Of a DNA stretch of 64,000 nt, positions 34,256 through 49,100 are shown one piece after another; the stretch's first letter is position 1, and the number at the start of each line of letters is the position of its first letter. The notes beneath the pieces are model-generated. The model ran no database searches. It worked only from the letters and a program-made list of their open reading frames with translations, and was not told where the DNA came from. Both the position numbers and the translations under genes were made by a program. The stretch comes from Eledone cirrhosa (Eukaryota), in the NCBI GenBank assembly GCA_964016885.1, contig OZ024743.1, positions 128,154,001 through 128,218,000 of the forward strand, read 5' to 3'.

Positions 34256-36740
34256 TATGATGGCTGCAAACTCTGCTAATAGTATTGCAATCGCTTGTCA
34301 GATTCAGATGTGTGACGCTGGGATATGGCTTTTCAAGCCCGCTACAGACTTGCACTCCCTCGCACACTGACGACAACTATGGATATCCCTGAGCTCTTGC
34401 ACCAGGCTGCATATGAACCCTCACAATATCGTGGAGATCATAGTTCACTGGTTCTCTTTGAACATGGCTGTGACTGTGGCTCCTGAGACCAGATTTGCTC
34501 AAGTAAATTTTCCCACACTCAGGGCACTTCAATTCAATGCAGACACCGATCGTTACAAGAGATATGCCAGGGTATTGCTTACGCACCTCCCGTTTGATCT
34601 TCTCGTACTCTATGCGTCTGTCCTCAAAATTATGGACCCCATCATTCACCATTCCAGGCCAAGTTTCTCTTTCAAGAGCTTCTATTTCCCAGTCAGCCAT
34701 CATCAAACCAGTTTTTTTCAATGAGTCCTTTACACAATCCTTGAATCGGAGCCTTGGCTTGTAAGGTGGTCTCTTACCCTCACAAAGCATGCCATACAAG
34801 AGTTGTTTTGGGATTCGATCATCCTCCATTGTGCAGAGGTGTCCGGTCCATCGCAAACGCCGTTGGTGGATGATATTCTCCATGCTCCGACACTCACTTC
34901 TCTCAAGGACCTCAACATCACTCACTTGCATCTGCCACTTGATACCGAGCATCTTTCAGAGGCACTGCTGGTGAAACCATTCTAGTCTATGGATATCTCC
35001 CCAAAATAACCCACAAAGCCTTCCGGTTAACGATGTCGAATGCCTTGGTCAGATCGACAAAAACTTGGTATAAGTCCATGCGCTGCTCAATGCATTTCTC
35101 TTGAAGTTGTTTGGCCGTGAAGATCATGCCAACAGTGCTTCTGCCATTCTTAAAGCCACATTGGGACTCAGGAAGTACCTCAACATCAATGTGCTGTATC
35201 AATCTGTCCAACAAAATCCTGCACAAGATCTTCCCAGCAACAGATAGCAGTGAAATACCTCTGTATTGTCACAGTCATCTTTGGCTCCTTTCCTTTGTAA
35301 AGTACCACCATCAATGCATCTTTCCAGTCCTGTGGTACATCTTCTTCATTCCAAACATTCACAAAGAGATGAGTGAGGCGGTTTAAGAAGTTATCACCAG
35401 CACACTTAAAGATCTCGGCACTCAGTCCATCCATTCCAGGTAACTTACCACTGTTTAATTTGGCAATGGCCTTCGCTACCTAATCAAATGAAGGAAGATC
35501 AGCCATTGCCAGCTTTGTAAGTCTGGATGGAATCAACTGGATGAACTCATCATCGATTTCTGATGGTCTGTTGGGAAGCTCATCAAAGTGGTCATGCCAC
35601 CTGATCAGAATTTCCTTCGGATCTCTGAGCAATTCCTTGCAATCCCTGGAGCGAAATGGTGACTTTTGTGGACGGTTGGACCATACACCTCCCTGAACAG
35701 ATTGTATAAGAGCTTTGTATCATGTCTATCTGAGGCTTTCTGGATTTCATCAGCCTTTTTTCTCCACCAGGTATCCTGCATGGCTCTCAATCGATGTTGT
35801 ACACGTACCTTGACCTGCTTGAAGGTCCGGTCACTCCTGTCAGAACGTGTCTCACACAACAATGATGGCACTTTTTGTTTCTCTTCAAGCAAGGTCTGCA
35901 TCACTGCATCATTTTCATCAAACCAGTCTTTATGCTTTCTATTGGTATGACCTAAAACTCCAGCTCTAACATCATAGACGGTTATCTTCAATGATTCCCA
36001 CGTGTTTTCACATTCCATGGACTGAAGGGAACTCGACAGCTCAGCTCTGACTTCCACTGTATTCAGAGGAGCCACGTTTAGTTGTTTTGAAAGAGCAACC
36101 TTCTTCCCCCTTACTTTGAGCTTCACAACAAATTGAAATTTGGCGCGCACCAGTCGATGGTCAGTCCAACATTCCGCGCCTCGCAATAGACGAACCAATG
36201 TGATATTCCAGATATCACGTTCCCTCGTTAAAACAACTTCCCAGTCATTACCAACACGTGCATTAAAATCACCAAGGATGACAATCTTGTCTGCATAAGG
36301 TATACTATTGATGACCTCTTTCAAAGACATGTAGAAATCTAGTTTTTCATCATCACTGGCACACATAGTAGGAGTGTAGACACTGACCAGAATCACACAG
36401 TGGTTTTGAATCAGAGGGACTCTCATGGATATTATCCGATCATTGAATCAACAAGGAAGATTTTCCAGCTTTGAGACGATTCCATTCCTGACAGCAAATG
36501 CGACCCCTGCTTCTCTCCTACAACCCTCTGCTCTACCACTCCAATAGGTATATCCTCTCTTCTGTTCTGAGGATTGACCCTCACCTGCCAATCTCGTTTC
36601 TGAAAGAGCAGCGATGTCCGTGTTATAGCGATTGAGTTCCCTCGACACCAAAGCAGATCTTCTTTCAGGGCGAGTTTCACTGGATTGGGAATCAAGTAAA
36701 GTTCTTACATTCCAGCATCCAATATTCAGAAGTTTGAATA
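34256..36740 (-). mobile_element. RTE/BovB-like LINE, defective (copy 2)
   Basis: Same as copy 1 but retains LPESQCGF...FVDLTKAFD and RLRWTGH. The central RT (YADD region) is still deleted. Confidence 0.9.
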
Positions 36741-36842
36741 TACACATATATACATATATATATACACACATAATACATACATATATATATACACATAATA
36801 TATACATATATATATATTTATATATGTATACATATACATTAC

Positions 36843-36876
<34 letters not shown>

Positions 36877-36893
36877 GTATACATATACATTAC

Positions 36894-36960
<67 letters not shown>

Positions 36961-37352
36961 CATATATATATGTGTGCGTATATATAAAAGAAAACTTTTT
37001 TTTTTCGTTCTACATGGCTGAATACAATAAATGTAATGTGAGTTTTTCGAATATTAATGATTTTTTTATTTTATTTTTATTTGAATTTGGCAAAGCCGGC
37101 CATTTATTGCTCATATACAGGAAACTGACTGGCCAGTCTGCAGATATGCAAATCTGGCTGATCAGTGGATCTGCTAGTATGCAGATTTGACTGATCAGCC
37201 AGTCTAATAATATGCAAATCAGGCCAATCAGTCACTGTGTATTTTTCAAAATAGCATATATTTTCACTAGCTTTGACAGCTTGGCAGGTGAACAGTGAGC
37301 TGTACTGATGAAGGATGATGCGGACGTAAAATGAAATGAAATAATATATATA

Positions 37353-40300
37353 TATAATGCTCTCTAGACAAGGGAAGTAGCTAGAGTTACTTCCCGTTGA
37401 AATTCTAGAACCTTCCTTGTAACTTCTAGTCAAAGGATATAGAGTCAACTCAAATCAATCTCTTTTTTGGCGGCTTCCTTCGAATTGACAACACCGAGCA
37501 CAAGTATGTTAATTTTTCTCTAACCACCTATCATGGATCTGGATTATACCTAATTATGTAGGAGAATATTTGTTTACCACAATTGTAACATGGAACTACA
37601 ATAAATGAAAATTTATATTTGATACTCGTTTTGAGAAACTGCTTACGCTTTTATCATTACCTTTTGTAGTGAGAGTTAACTCTCATTCGGCATGGTGTTA
37701 TATAAAAATCTCTTATCCTTTTTCTTTATAAAATTTAGTAGTTAGATTCCGGTGGTATTTACTGGAATAAATAACCCTGGGTCTAGCAACCACTAAAATG
37801 GTGACCCTAACGTAAAAAACACCAACTGACGAATGGTAATCTCCGAATACGCAGAAGAGAAAAAAAAAAATATTACGCCTTGTGTCTTCGTTTTGAATTC
37901 GCCATCTTGCTTCATCTGTGTTACATCACTCCGGCTATTCATGTTACCACCACGTGTGCATATAATTTTGAAAATACAGCTAATTTTTTCCTTTCAAATG
38001 TGCTGTCATTGGCTGATTCACAAAAGTTAAACCACGTGTGCAGCAGTTAAAAAACATTTCACTCAGCAGTTACTATATTCATAATGAGCAATTCTTCGCT
38101 ACCGACATATTCAGGAGATGCAAAGTTGTGGTTTGCACCACTGGATTCGTATTTTGCTGCCCACGGCGTTCAAGTGGCACAACAAAGGTTACACGTGCTG
38201 ATAAGCAGAATTCCTGCATCGCTCGCCACATCAGTGAAAGACAATCACAGATCCCCCACAAAGCGTAACTTACAAAACCCTAACGGCAGAATTGCTCAAA
38301 CGGAACAGCCATTCGTCTGAGAGTAAGTTTCGTTCCTTGTTGGAGGAGGATAACCTGGTAGATAGAACCCTTTCTCAGTTTTTACGGCGCATCCGGCAAC
38401 TGAGCGACTCAACAGCAGAGGACAACTCTTTCGTGAAACAATTATTTTTCTCCCGTTTGCCAACAAATGTGCAAACCATATTGGCAAATATGGTCGACAC
38501 CAGTTCTCTGGACCAAATTGCAGCCTCAGCGGATCGCATAATGGAATTTTCTCGAGTGGATCTGCCGAAGTAGGCAGATCCACTCATTGCTTCTTCTACC
38601 TTTAAAACACAGCCTGGTTCACCTCATGAGGACTCTATACTGAGAGCCATTGACGCGTTAACCCATCAAGTGGCTAAACTGTGTCGGGAATGAACACCAT
38701 GTAGGTGGCGTCCAAGAAATTGGTCTCCTTCTCTTCATTGTCGCGCCAACCTCCCCTCCAACAACTCGTCTTTATGTTGATATCACGTGCGTTTTCGTGA
38801 AAAGGCGAATCATTGTATTCAGCCCTGCTCTTTCGAGACCTCGGAAAACTAAAATTGGAGAGTCTGGGCACGGCAGACCTCTCCCTCATTACTTCTCCTT
38901 ATCGTGCTTTCTTTATCAGAGATCGAGTTTCAAACAAATCGTTTATGGTTGACACAGGATCTAGTTGCAGTATTTGGCCTCTTCGGTTCAGCTCTATCAA
39001 GCCAAATTTTTCCCGTATTTCCTTGTATGCAGTAAACCAGTCTCCTATAAAAACTTATGGACAAATATCTTTATAATTGGACCTAGCTTTGCGTCGAGAT
39101 TTCAAATGGATTTTCATCTTAGCGGACCTACCTCATCGTATTCTAGGTGCGGATTTTTTACACCACTACTCACTGTTAGTAGATGTCAGGAAACAGAAAC
39201 TTGTGGATGGCACCACATCTTTATCTACGCCTGCTCGTGGTTCTACTGTTACTGCCATAAGTCCCGCGTGTTTCATAGCTGCCTCTGGAAACCAGTTTCA
39301 TTCTCTTCTTGCCTCGTTTCCCGTTGGATTTCGTGTTTGCTTACGTTGATGATCTCCTAATAGCCAGTGATTCGGATGAACACCATCATCAACATCTATC
39401 TCAGTTATTTCAACGTCTCCAATCGTACCAAGTCAGAATCAACCCAGCTAAATGTGTGTTTGGTACAGATTCACTGGAATTCCTTGGACACCTTATAGAT
39501 TCAGAAGGCATTCATCCTTTGCCACCTAAGGTAGAGGTGATTCAGCAATTAGCACCACCAACATCCTTGAAACAATTATGCCATTTCTTGGGATTAATTA
39601 ACTTTTATCGTCGCTTTATTCCTAACTGTGCAGACAAGTTATTCCCCTTGACATAGTTTTTAAAGGCTGCAAAAAAGAAAGACGTTCCTATTTCACTTTC
39701 TGCCGATGCATTGCAGTCTTTTGAATCCGTCAAGTCTGAGCTAGCTAAAGTTTCCTTCCTTGCCCATCCTGTTGCAAATGCGAGACTTTCCTTATCTGTT
39801 GATGCATCCGATCATGCTGTTGGTGCAGCTTTGCAACATGCAATCGATCACCAGGTTCAACCACTGGCGTTTTTCTCACGCCAACTAAAACCAGCAGAGC
39901 AACGATACAGTACTTTTGACAGAGAGCTTCTAGCGATTAATCTTACTGTGAGACATTTCCACCATCTTCTTGAAGGTCGGGAATTCACAGTATTCACAGA
40001 CCATAAACCACTCACATTCGCTCTTCACACCAAATCCGACAAGTAATCTACGAGAGCGTATAGGCATCTGGATCTCATCTCACAGTATACCAATGACATT
40101 CGTCACATAGCTGGAACTGCCAACATACCTGCGGACACACTATCTCGACTTTGTGTGTGTTCTCTTGCGTCTCCTGCACATATCGATTTAGTTGCCATTG
40201 CAACTGACCAACCTACTTTGGATTCGTTGAACATTTCTTCTACCCAACTTTCCTGCTGTAAGTTTGATTATTTACCTCTTCCATCTGAAGTAAAAATTCT

Positions 40301-42266
40301 TTGTAATATTTCTACTGGTTCACCCAGACCGTTTGTTCCGGATTGTCATCAGCGGACCGTTTTTGATGCACTTCATTCCTTGCCACATGCTGGCATGGAT
40401 GCCACAGTGAAGCTTATTACGGCTCGATTCTTCTGGCCTAATATGCGTCGTTTGATCACCAGTTGGGCACGTTCTTGCTTGAAGTGTCAGCGCTCTAAGA
40501 TTCATCGGCATGTCCGCGCTCCTCTTGGGAAATTCAGCCCGCCAGATGCTCGTTTCCCTCATATACACATGGATATTGTTGGTCCGTGGCCCGTTAGTCG
40601 AGGGTTCACATACATATCGACTTGTATCGATCGTTTCTCTCGGTGGCCTGAAGCCATCCCCTTCGTGGAAATAACAGCAGAGTACGTTGCCCGAGCTTTC
40701 ATTTCCAATTGGATTGCTCGTTTCGGTGTTCCTACTAAAAAAATAACTACGGATCGTGGATGCTAATTTGAAGCTTCCTTATTCCGTGAAGTATCACGAC
40801 TCTTGGGTGCTCATCACATTCATACGACCACCTATCACCCAGCCTCCAATGGAATGGTCGAGAGGTTTCATAGACAGTTGAAAGCTGCACTTCGCGCTAC
40901 TCCTGATCCGCAACGTTGGACTGAATTTTTGCCAATCGTGCTTCTTGGTTGTCGTTCAGCCATTAAGACAGATTTAGGTTTTTCTTCTGCTGAACTTCTT
41001 TATAGTACCACATTGTCTCTTCCTGGACAAATGTTAGCACCAGTGGATTCATCACATCTTGACCCAGCATCATATGTCACCAGGATTCGTTCGTATTTCT
41101 CGGATCTTCCACCGATGAACCCTTGTGACCAGTCTATTTCTTCTGCTGTCCCATCGAACATCTCTACGTGGACACACATTTTCATACGGAATGATTCCGT
41201 CAAGAGACCTCTTACGTCACCTTATAGTGGACCTTTTCGTGTGCTTTCGGACACACCCAAACATTTCACAGTGGCTGCCAATGGTCGAAAAGAGACAATA
41301 TCCATTGACAGAGCAAAAAAGGCTTTCTCCGAAAGTCTCATCACACTGCCTGATACACCTCGTACATACACTCCTACACCAACACTTTCACCTCCACCGC
41401 AAACACCACATACCACACAACCTTATGTCACACGAAGTGGCAGGACGGTAAAATGGCCACGAAAACTCTCAAAAACAATATACATTTAACCTCTAGTAGC
41501 ATTAACATACCTCTTTATTTTTCAGTTTTCAGATAGAACTAGTGTCAAAAAGTCTGTACACTAGTAATGGATGAACTATTTGACTTTGAAAAACATTGAT
41601 TTTACCATTGAGCATCAATTTTCTCTGCTCCTTTGTATTGACTATGATTTATCAATCATTACATTCAAACATATTCTTTGTAAAAATTCATTACTTGTTT
41701 TATGCTCATTTTTGCTATTTGCTTGCTCATGTTTTATTCATTCATGTTCTTGTACCTTTTGTTTCTTACAGGTTCACACTACATGATCTTCGATTGGTTA
41801 TTCGACTTCTCGTCTGAGAGGGGAGTCTTGTAGCGCTCTCTAGACAAGGGAAGTAGCTAGAGTTACTTCCTGTTGAAATTCTAGAACCTTCCTTGTAACT
41901 TCTAGTCAAAGGATATAGAGTCAACTCAAATCAATCTCTCTTTTTTGGCGCCTTCCTTCGAATTGACAACATCGAGCACAAGTATGTTAATTTTTCTCTA
42001 ACCACCTATCATGGATCTGGATTATACCTAATTATGTAGGAGAATATTTGTTTACCACAATGTAACATGGAACTACAATAAATGAAAATTTATATTTGAT
42101 ACTCGTTTGAGAAAACTGCTTACGCTTTATCATTACCTTTTGTAGTGAGAGTTAACTCTCATTCGGCATGGTGTTATATAAAAATTTCTTATCCTTTTTC
42201 TTTATAAAATTTGGTAGTTAGATTCCGGTGGTATTTACTGGAGTAAATAACCCTGGGTCTAGCAAC

Positions 42267-42273
<7 letters not shown>
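37353..42273 (+). mobile_element. Gypsy LTR retrotransposon with both LTRs (37353-37797, 41829-42273), defective (copy 2)
   Basis: Two ~445-bp direct LTRs, PBS and PPT; gag-pol has stops; integrase TTDRG...SNGMVERFHRQLK; flanked by (TA)n. Confidence 0.95.
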
Positions 42274-42299
<26 letters not shown>

Positions 42300-42304
<5 letters not shown>

Positions 42305-42472
42305 AAATGAAAATCCGAAGGCAAGGTAAAATTCCAATCATTTAATCACGACACATGTTTCAATAAGAGATAGATCGATTGTGAAGCCATGATCGATCTA
42401 TCTCTTATTGAAACATGTGTCCGTGATTAAATGATTGCAATTTTACCTTGCCTTCGGATTTTCATTTTGATA
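42300..42472. repeat. ~80-bp-arm hairpin palindrome
   Basis: tatcaaaatgaaaatccgaagg...agatcgat / atcgatct...ccttcggattttcattttgata with a 12-nt loop. Confidence 0.9.
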
Positions 42473-42610
42473 CTTATACTCCGTTTTACATCATCTAGCT
42501 GTTCCCTTGAATGGAATTGGAGATATACAAAAGCGTGGAGAACTTAATGTTCTAACATAAAGTTATTGGACCATTTTACACAACCAATAATGCACCTTAC
42601 TATATAACAA

Positions 42611-42653
<43 letters not shown>

Positions 42654-42678
42654 GTGTGTGTGTCTTTATATATATATA

Positions 42679-42998
42679 CAACATTACGGCTACATATGAG
42701 GATATAGGCAGATTTTCTCACAAGAGACGGAGGCACGTCAAGGCACACAGAAACAAATAAAGCATTTAAAGATAGTTAAAAAATATTATAATAATAATAA
42801 TAAAGTAAAATAAAAATAATAATATAAAAATATAAATAAATAATTAAAAAAGTAAGGCACACAAAAGCAACAGAGGAAGTTATGCATTAGTCACTATATA
42901 GAACAGGTGATTTAGTCTCCCATGACGTGCGTGCCCTCACGTGCCTCCGTCTCTTGTGAGAAAATCTGCCTATATCCTCATATGTAGCTGTAATGTTG
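42679..42998. repeat. 60-bp inverted repeat (42679-42738 / 42939-42998), probable Penelope pLTR inverted tail; copy 62442-62767
   Basis: caacattacggctacatatgagg...aggcacgt versus acgtgcct...gtagctgtaatgttg, one mismatch. Confidence 0.8.
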
Positions 42999-43133
42999 AA
43001 TAACAACCCCATTACGCATTCTCTCCATCCTTTCCATTTCAATCCCCTCTTATTATCGTGTACTGTATATCTAATGTTCGTGTGACTAAGCTTGGTAGAG
43101 CATTATACTCAGCACTATATTTTTGTTTATAAA

Positions 43134-43178
43134 GCTCTGATGATTCCTTCCCCATGGTATGGATGAAACATTGTCAGC
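43134..43178 (+). ncRNA. Minimal type I hammerhead ribozyme-like motif (Penelope-associated)
   Basis: gct-CTGATGA-(t)tcc...gga(t)-GAAA-c-att-g-TC-agc, immediately followed by AATAAA. Confidence 0.55.
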
Positions 43179-45936
43179 GAATAAAAATTGTATGAGTATG
43201 TAGGCGTTCTTTGATTTCTTTTACATATAACGGCTGTTCTTGTACATTGAGCTAATACAATACTGTTACAAATATGACACAGTGCAGATGCATTTATGCA
43301 CATACGCTCCGTTTTCTACGTAAATATATATATATATATGCATATACATATATATATATATATACTACTTGGCCCATCCGCTGGCGCCCGGCCAGGCATA
43401 CCTGCCCCCACCACTCCACTGCAAAGATACCACACACCCTCCCGTGTCACATTGTCCTTCAGATTCTCTCTCTCTCTCTCTCTGAATAACTAAAACTTTA
43501 ATTGTATCTCTCTCTGTCTAACAGCCTATCTCTCTCTTTTCCCCTCCTCTGTTTTTCTGTCTCTCTCTGTAGATGTGTGTGTGTAGTTTTCCTTATCTTT
43601 CTCTAAATCTCTCTATATATATATATATGAATAAAATTAGAGCAAGAAGACAGGACTCTCCGTCATCAGTGATCTTCCAGCCATCATTGGTATTTCTTCG
43701 CATTAAAGACCATATACCTCCGGCTGGTGTGAGCAATAACTAAAAAAGGTTATTGGGACAAAAGAGAAAAGAGAAAAATAAAAAGGAAAAAAGATATATT
43801 TCTTCCTAATGATCGTCTTTTCCTCCCTGTTTTCATATATATATATATATATAGGGAAGTCCTTGCATCATATTAGGAAGTAAGTTTAATTAAGAGCACA
43901 CGAAAATAAAATTTACTTAACAAGAATCATCACCATAGAGGTTTAAGTACATGCTTGTTCATGAAAATCCATGTTCTTTTTTTTTGGGGGGGGGGGGGGT
44001 AAACACCTGTATATTGCTTTAATTAAGATTGTCGTTATTAATGGTACATTTCACAATTATCACAAGTACATCTTTGATTATATCTTCCACAGCATTTCAG
44101 AAGCTTTCAGTGTTTCACCTTCAGAAATTTATTAAATATATAAACAACTTAGGAAAATTTTGGGGGTAAATTTTATAGAAAACCAACCGCTGGGGATCGC
44201 TAAGAGATATATATATTCCCCCTAGGTTTTCCGTTTGTTTTCAACTAATCTGATCTCCGAGATACTCGCAATCATCTTTTATTCGAAAACGATTGCGAGT
44301 ATGTCGGAGGTCAGATTGGGTGAAAACAAGGAAATAACTAGGAAAAAAGATATTTTTTATCGATCTCAAGTGGGTCCTTTTCTATACATTTAAACGTCTG
44401 TGATGTGCTTATCTGTAAATTCGAAGGTCCCTGCCCCGCCCGGCCTTAGTTTTCGGGGGAAAGAGTCGTTTTCCGAGTGATTCAAATGTTAGATCGGTTG
44501 AAAACAAACAAAAATTCCCACCACAGAGAACTCCGAGGGTCACTCCAATTGCCTCAACTCACCATCAAGCCCCACCACCATACCCAAATCTATTTTCTGA
44601 AAATGAAAAGTCAATTGTGTGCATGTCGGAGGTCATACGAGTTGAAAACACGAAAACAACCTAGAAAAAAATGTCTTAACAAAGCCCCGAGGATACTTTT
44701 CTTTAAACTTACTTTTCTATAAATTTGCCCCTTTTTTTTCTTCCAATTTATTTTATTGCCGATTATAATGTTCTTTCAAATTCACTTAATTGTCGTCGAC
44801 TTTATATACGTAAAACTAAAGGACACACATTTTATGATAATTATGTTATAATTAACAGCTATATGAATGAAAAGACAAATTAAAACATATTGAAATAAGG
44901 TAGTATGTTACTAGTACATTTTATATCATCATCGGAAAAAATACCCCATTCGAGAACAGGTTATATTCGATTTATGAAAAATAACGGGGAAGTAGTTTAC
45001 TAATAAATGAGATTTGACTCATATCAAACTGCTGCATTTCTCACACAGTGTCAATTGTATTATGAAAGTAATACAAACTTTACAGATACAAAAATATCAA
45101 ACGCAAATATCAATGTTAAACTATATAGACACTCGAACTACTTGAGATAACAAATAACTCTATCTCTTTATATATGTAAAATTCTTAGTCTCTCTCTGTC
45201 TCTGTCTTTTCCTTATACATTCTCAAACGCCTCGACTAAATGAAATCAAATTTTACGAGGTAATTATATTAGGCACCAACAATCATAATTAAAGCAACAT
45301 ACAGATGTTTAATCACCCCCTCCCCAATGGATTTTCATGAAGAAGGATGTACTTAAACCTCTATGATGATGATTCTTCTCATAAAATTAATTTGTTGGTA
45401 AAAAATCGGTAAAAGACACCTCCACCGATTTTAGTGGGAAGTAATTTTTATTTTCGTGTGCTCTTAAAATAAAAAAATATATGATATTTTTTTATACAAA
45501 GTAAAAATTGTATTATGAAAGTAATACAAACTTTACAGATACAAAACAAACAAATATCAATGTTACACTACATAGACACTCGAACGACTTGAGATGAAAA
45601 ATAACTCTATTATTTCAATCAAAAAAAAGGAAAGAAAATCACGGTGAATATTATAATGAATATGGAATACTCAAAACAAGAAGGCCTTGGATAAGTCGAG
45701 CCCCTAGCAGTGGAAACTTCTGGTGCCTTTGGCCCGAGGGCTACCTCACTACTCACCACCATAGGCGCTGAGCGGGATAGATGCAGGTGTGAGTCTCGCG
45801 AGGTGGAATGGCTCTTCAAGGGCATCTCTCTCACCATCCTCTGGGGAAATGCCTTCTCTATTCACTGCTATACCAGACTGTTGACTATCTGTAACCAATG
45901 ACGCTATATATCAACCCAATTAGTTATTGACACATA

Positions 45937-46135
45937 CGCTAAACAAAAACTGAAAGTAAATATTTTGCATGTCTTGTGTGAAGGAAATGAGTAACTCAAT
46001 CAGCATCTCGCTAAACAAAAACTGAAAGTAAATATTTTGTATAGACATAAGTAACTTTCGTTTCACATATAATTCCAGGATTCTAAAAACATTGGTAAGT
46101 ATATAAAGTTAAACTGCTTTAGTATTGTCACATAT
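45937..46135 (+). promoter_or_regulatory. Putative promoter of cytokine-like copy 3 (6-bp deletion removes GGAATTCC)
   Basis: cacatat^aattccagg versus cacatattaaaggaattccagg; TATATAAA at 46100. Confidence 0.5.
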
Positions 46136-46176
46136 TTACTGTACTCACAAGGTGTATACACAAAGATACTGAAGAA

Positions 46177-49100
46177 ATGAAGATGAGTAAGTATTATATT
46201 GGTTTGTGCAATATACCTTGTACAATATACCTTTCGATACACACATATATATATAAACTTTTAGCCATTCGGATATCGGAGATTTGTGTATTTAAATTAT
46301 AAGGAGATTTTGTTGACAGGGCCTAGCTGGAACTCCTTTCTGTTATCTCTGCTTTCACACTTTTCTTTAAAAGCTTTCTTGAGTTTGGAAACATAACGTT
46401 GGTAGTCATGGTAACTAGCGTCACAGTCGCCTCCGCCAACAATACAACAGTGACACACTCAGAGTTACTTCCCTTAGCTTGTGCCAGCATACAAATACGG
46501 CGGCTGTGTGTGTGTGTGTTTGAATAAAGACGCGTGGTTTAGAGGTTAGAGCGTTAGATTCACATCATATGAAGTGAGTTCGATTTTTGCAAATATTCGG
46601 CTATTCTAAAATCAAAATTAGTTTCTTGATTGTTTTATAGCAAGAATTTGTTCTTCCCACTTAATGACATAATTCTCCTAGCATACATTTTTGTAGTGCA
46701 GACATGGTAGCATTTCAACTATTGTTCACAGATTTGCGCACATACCTTTAACCCCCCCCCCCCGTGCCAATCACCCCCTCCCCCATTACGTTTTCAGAAA
46801 AAGAAGGTGTTGAAAACACACGAAAAAACATAGGAAAAAATATTTTCTGAATGATCTCCAGCAGATGCTATTCTATAAATTTAAATGGCTGAAATATACT
46901 TATCTGTAACTCCAAGGGTTCACCTCCCCCTCCTCTACACAGAACTAATGAGTTGTAATAGGTTCAGCCTATATATGTTTTTATATTATTAATTTCTAGT
47001 GGATTGGCAGTATCGGTAGAGGGTCGGACGGCATGCTTTGATGCATGGAGTTGCGTCCCTTTATGATCTGAGTTCAAATCTCGCCGAGGTTAACTTTGCC
47101 TTTCATCCTTACGGGGTCGATAAAATAAAGTACCAGTAATGTACTGGCTAATTGCTGACCTTGTGCCAAAAGTAGAAACAATTAATTTCTAATATTTATT
47201 TTTCAGCTTATTTTCACTTCTCATGTGCTTCTCAACTTATCTTCCCTACCTAACTGACCATCTTCATTTACTATTACTCAGTCCTTTATTAACTCCATCT
47301 CTCTCCACTAATCACCAGAGACACACCATACAAAATACTTTTCTAACAAAATCATACAATGATCACATAAGAATAATATACACTACAACCAAAACCAACC
47401 ATCAAAACACTATACAAAATTTTGAAATTACAATTAAAGAAGACACTCCAAATCAAAATCAGAACCCAAACAAAGATTAGAACTTAAGTCAAAACACACT
47501 ACATCATTATTTTAACATCCACTTTCACTACTAACAAGGGTTGGAAAGGTCTACATAGACCAAGTCAGTACTGAAGCCTGGCTGTTGATATCCCAAAGAG
47601 ATCAGAGATCTATGTCTCAATTATGTACGGTCTCACATTCCATTAAGCCCATCAGAGAGATTTTCATGTTTTTCACATTACATTTTTCACTTTATTTGGC
47701 AATCTTTCTACAGATGTATGCCCTTCCTATCACCAACCACTTTACAGCATGTACTGAAAAGTTTAGTAAGACATCATGTTATGTGTAGCTCCTGACCAAG
47801 ATTGAACTCCAGCCCAGGATCTCCATCATCTCAAATACCTATCACTAGGCCACCAAGATGACTACAATGTAAAGAGAAAAGAAAACTTATTATTTTGAAA
47901 TGGTGACAAATTTCACCAAGCCACATACACTCTCATTGTCAGATTTCTGTTGTAACTGTGATGTCTAACAACAGCATTAAACAAACACATTACATGTTCT
48001 AATATTATGTTATCTAACAATATATAGTAATAAAATCTAAAGATATCTTAATATACTTTCTTTCATTTAGATTGGCAATATGCATTGGTCTTATGTATAT
48101 CAACATGGATAGCATTGATCCACGGATCACCTATACAATCTACAATACCACCTAAATCAGCTGAGCCAAAAGTTATGAAAGTGACATTGAAAATTGCACA
48201 ACTTGCTTCTGCTACTGTAAACTATACATTGATGCACTATGTGAGTTCTTGAATTAATTCTTTATTTCTTCATATATTAATTTATCTCCTATTTATATTA
48301 TCAATTCATAGGGCAGTAGATAGACAGTATGAGTAGAGCGTCAGACACTATGCTTTGCAGCATAGAGTTGTGGCCTTTTACGTTCTGAGTTCAAATCCTG
48401 CTGAGCTTAACTTTGCCTTTCATCCTTTTGTGATCGATAAAATAAATCACCAGTAATGCACTGGAGTAATTGCTGGCCTTGTGCCAAAAGTAGAAACAAT
48501 TATTAAATCATTGTTAGGGTGGTAGATTGGCAGTGTCAGTAGAACGTCAGACAAAATACTTTGTGGTAATTAGTTATGACTTCCTATGTTCTGCGTTTAA
48601 ATCCTACCGAAGTAAACTCTGTTTTTCATCCTCTCAAGGTCAATAAAATAAAGTATGAGTCAAGTACTGAGATCGATATGAATAACTTTGCTCTCTACTA
48701 AGATTTGCTGGCCATGTGCTTATATTAGAAATCATTATTAGGTTATTTCATATCAATATGTTATTTTACTGAAGTGTTGCAATATCAAAGTACATCACAC
48801 TGACACTATAATCAATATCTAAATGATACTTAGGTCTGTAACACTGAATGTTTAAGTTCACATAACAATGAATCTATTGATATCGTATGTCTCATTTTAT
48901 TAATAGCCAGTGTCAAAATATATGAATATCTATGTGTAAAACTATCTCTATTTCTAAATGTGTAAATATCTTTTATAGTGTAAGAATACTCCAATGATAT
49001 ACACTACAAACTGCCATAAATTTATTACCTACTTACTGAAAATGATGGACGTTACATTGCCCCAGATGTATCTTCATGATTATATCATTAATAATGAAAT

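Larger units (their letters stand above)
25467..44907 (+). repeat. Segmental duplication unit 2 (19,441 bp)
   Basis: Collinear with units 1 and 3 at very high identity. Confidence 0.95.
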
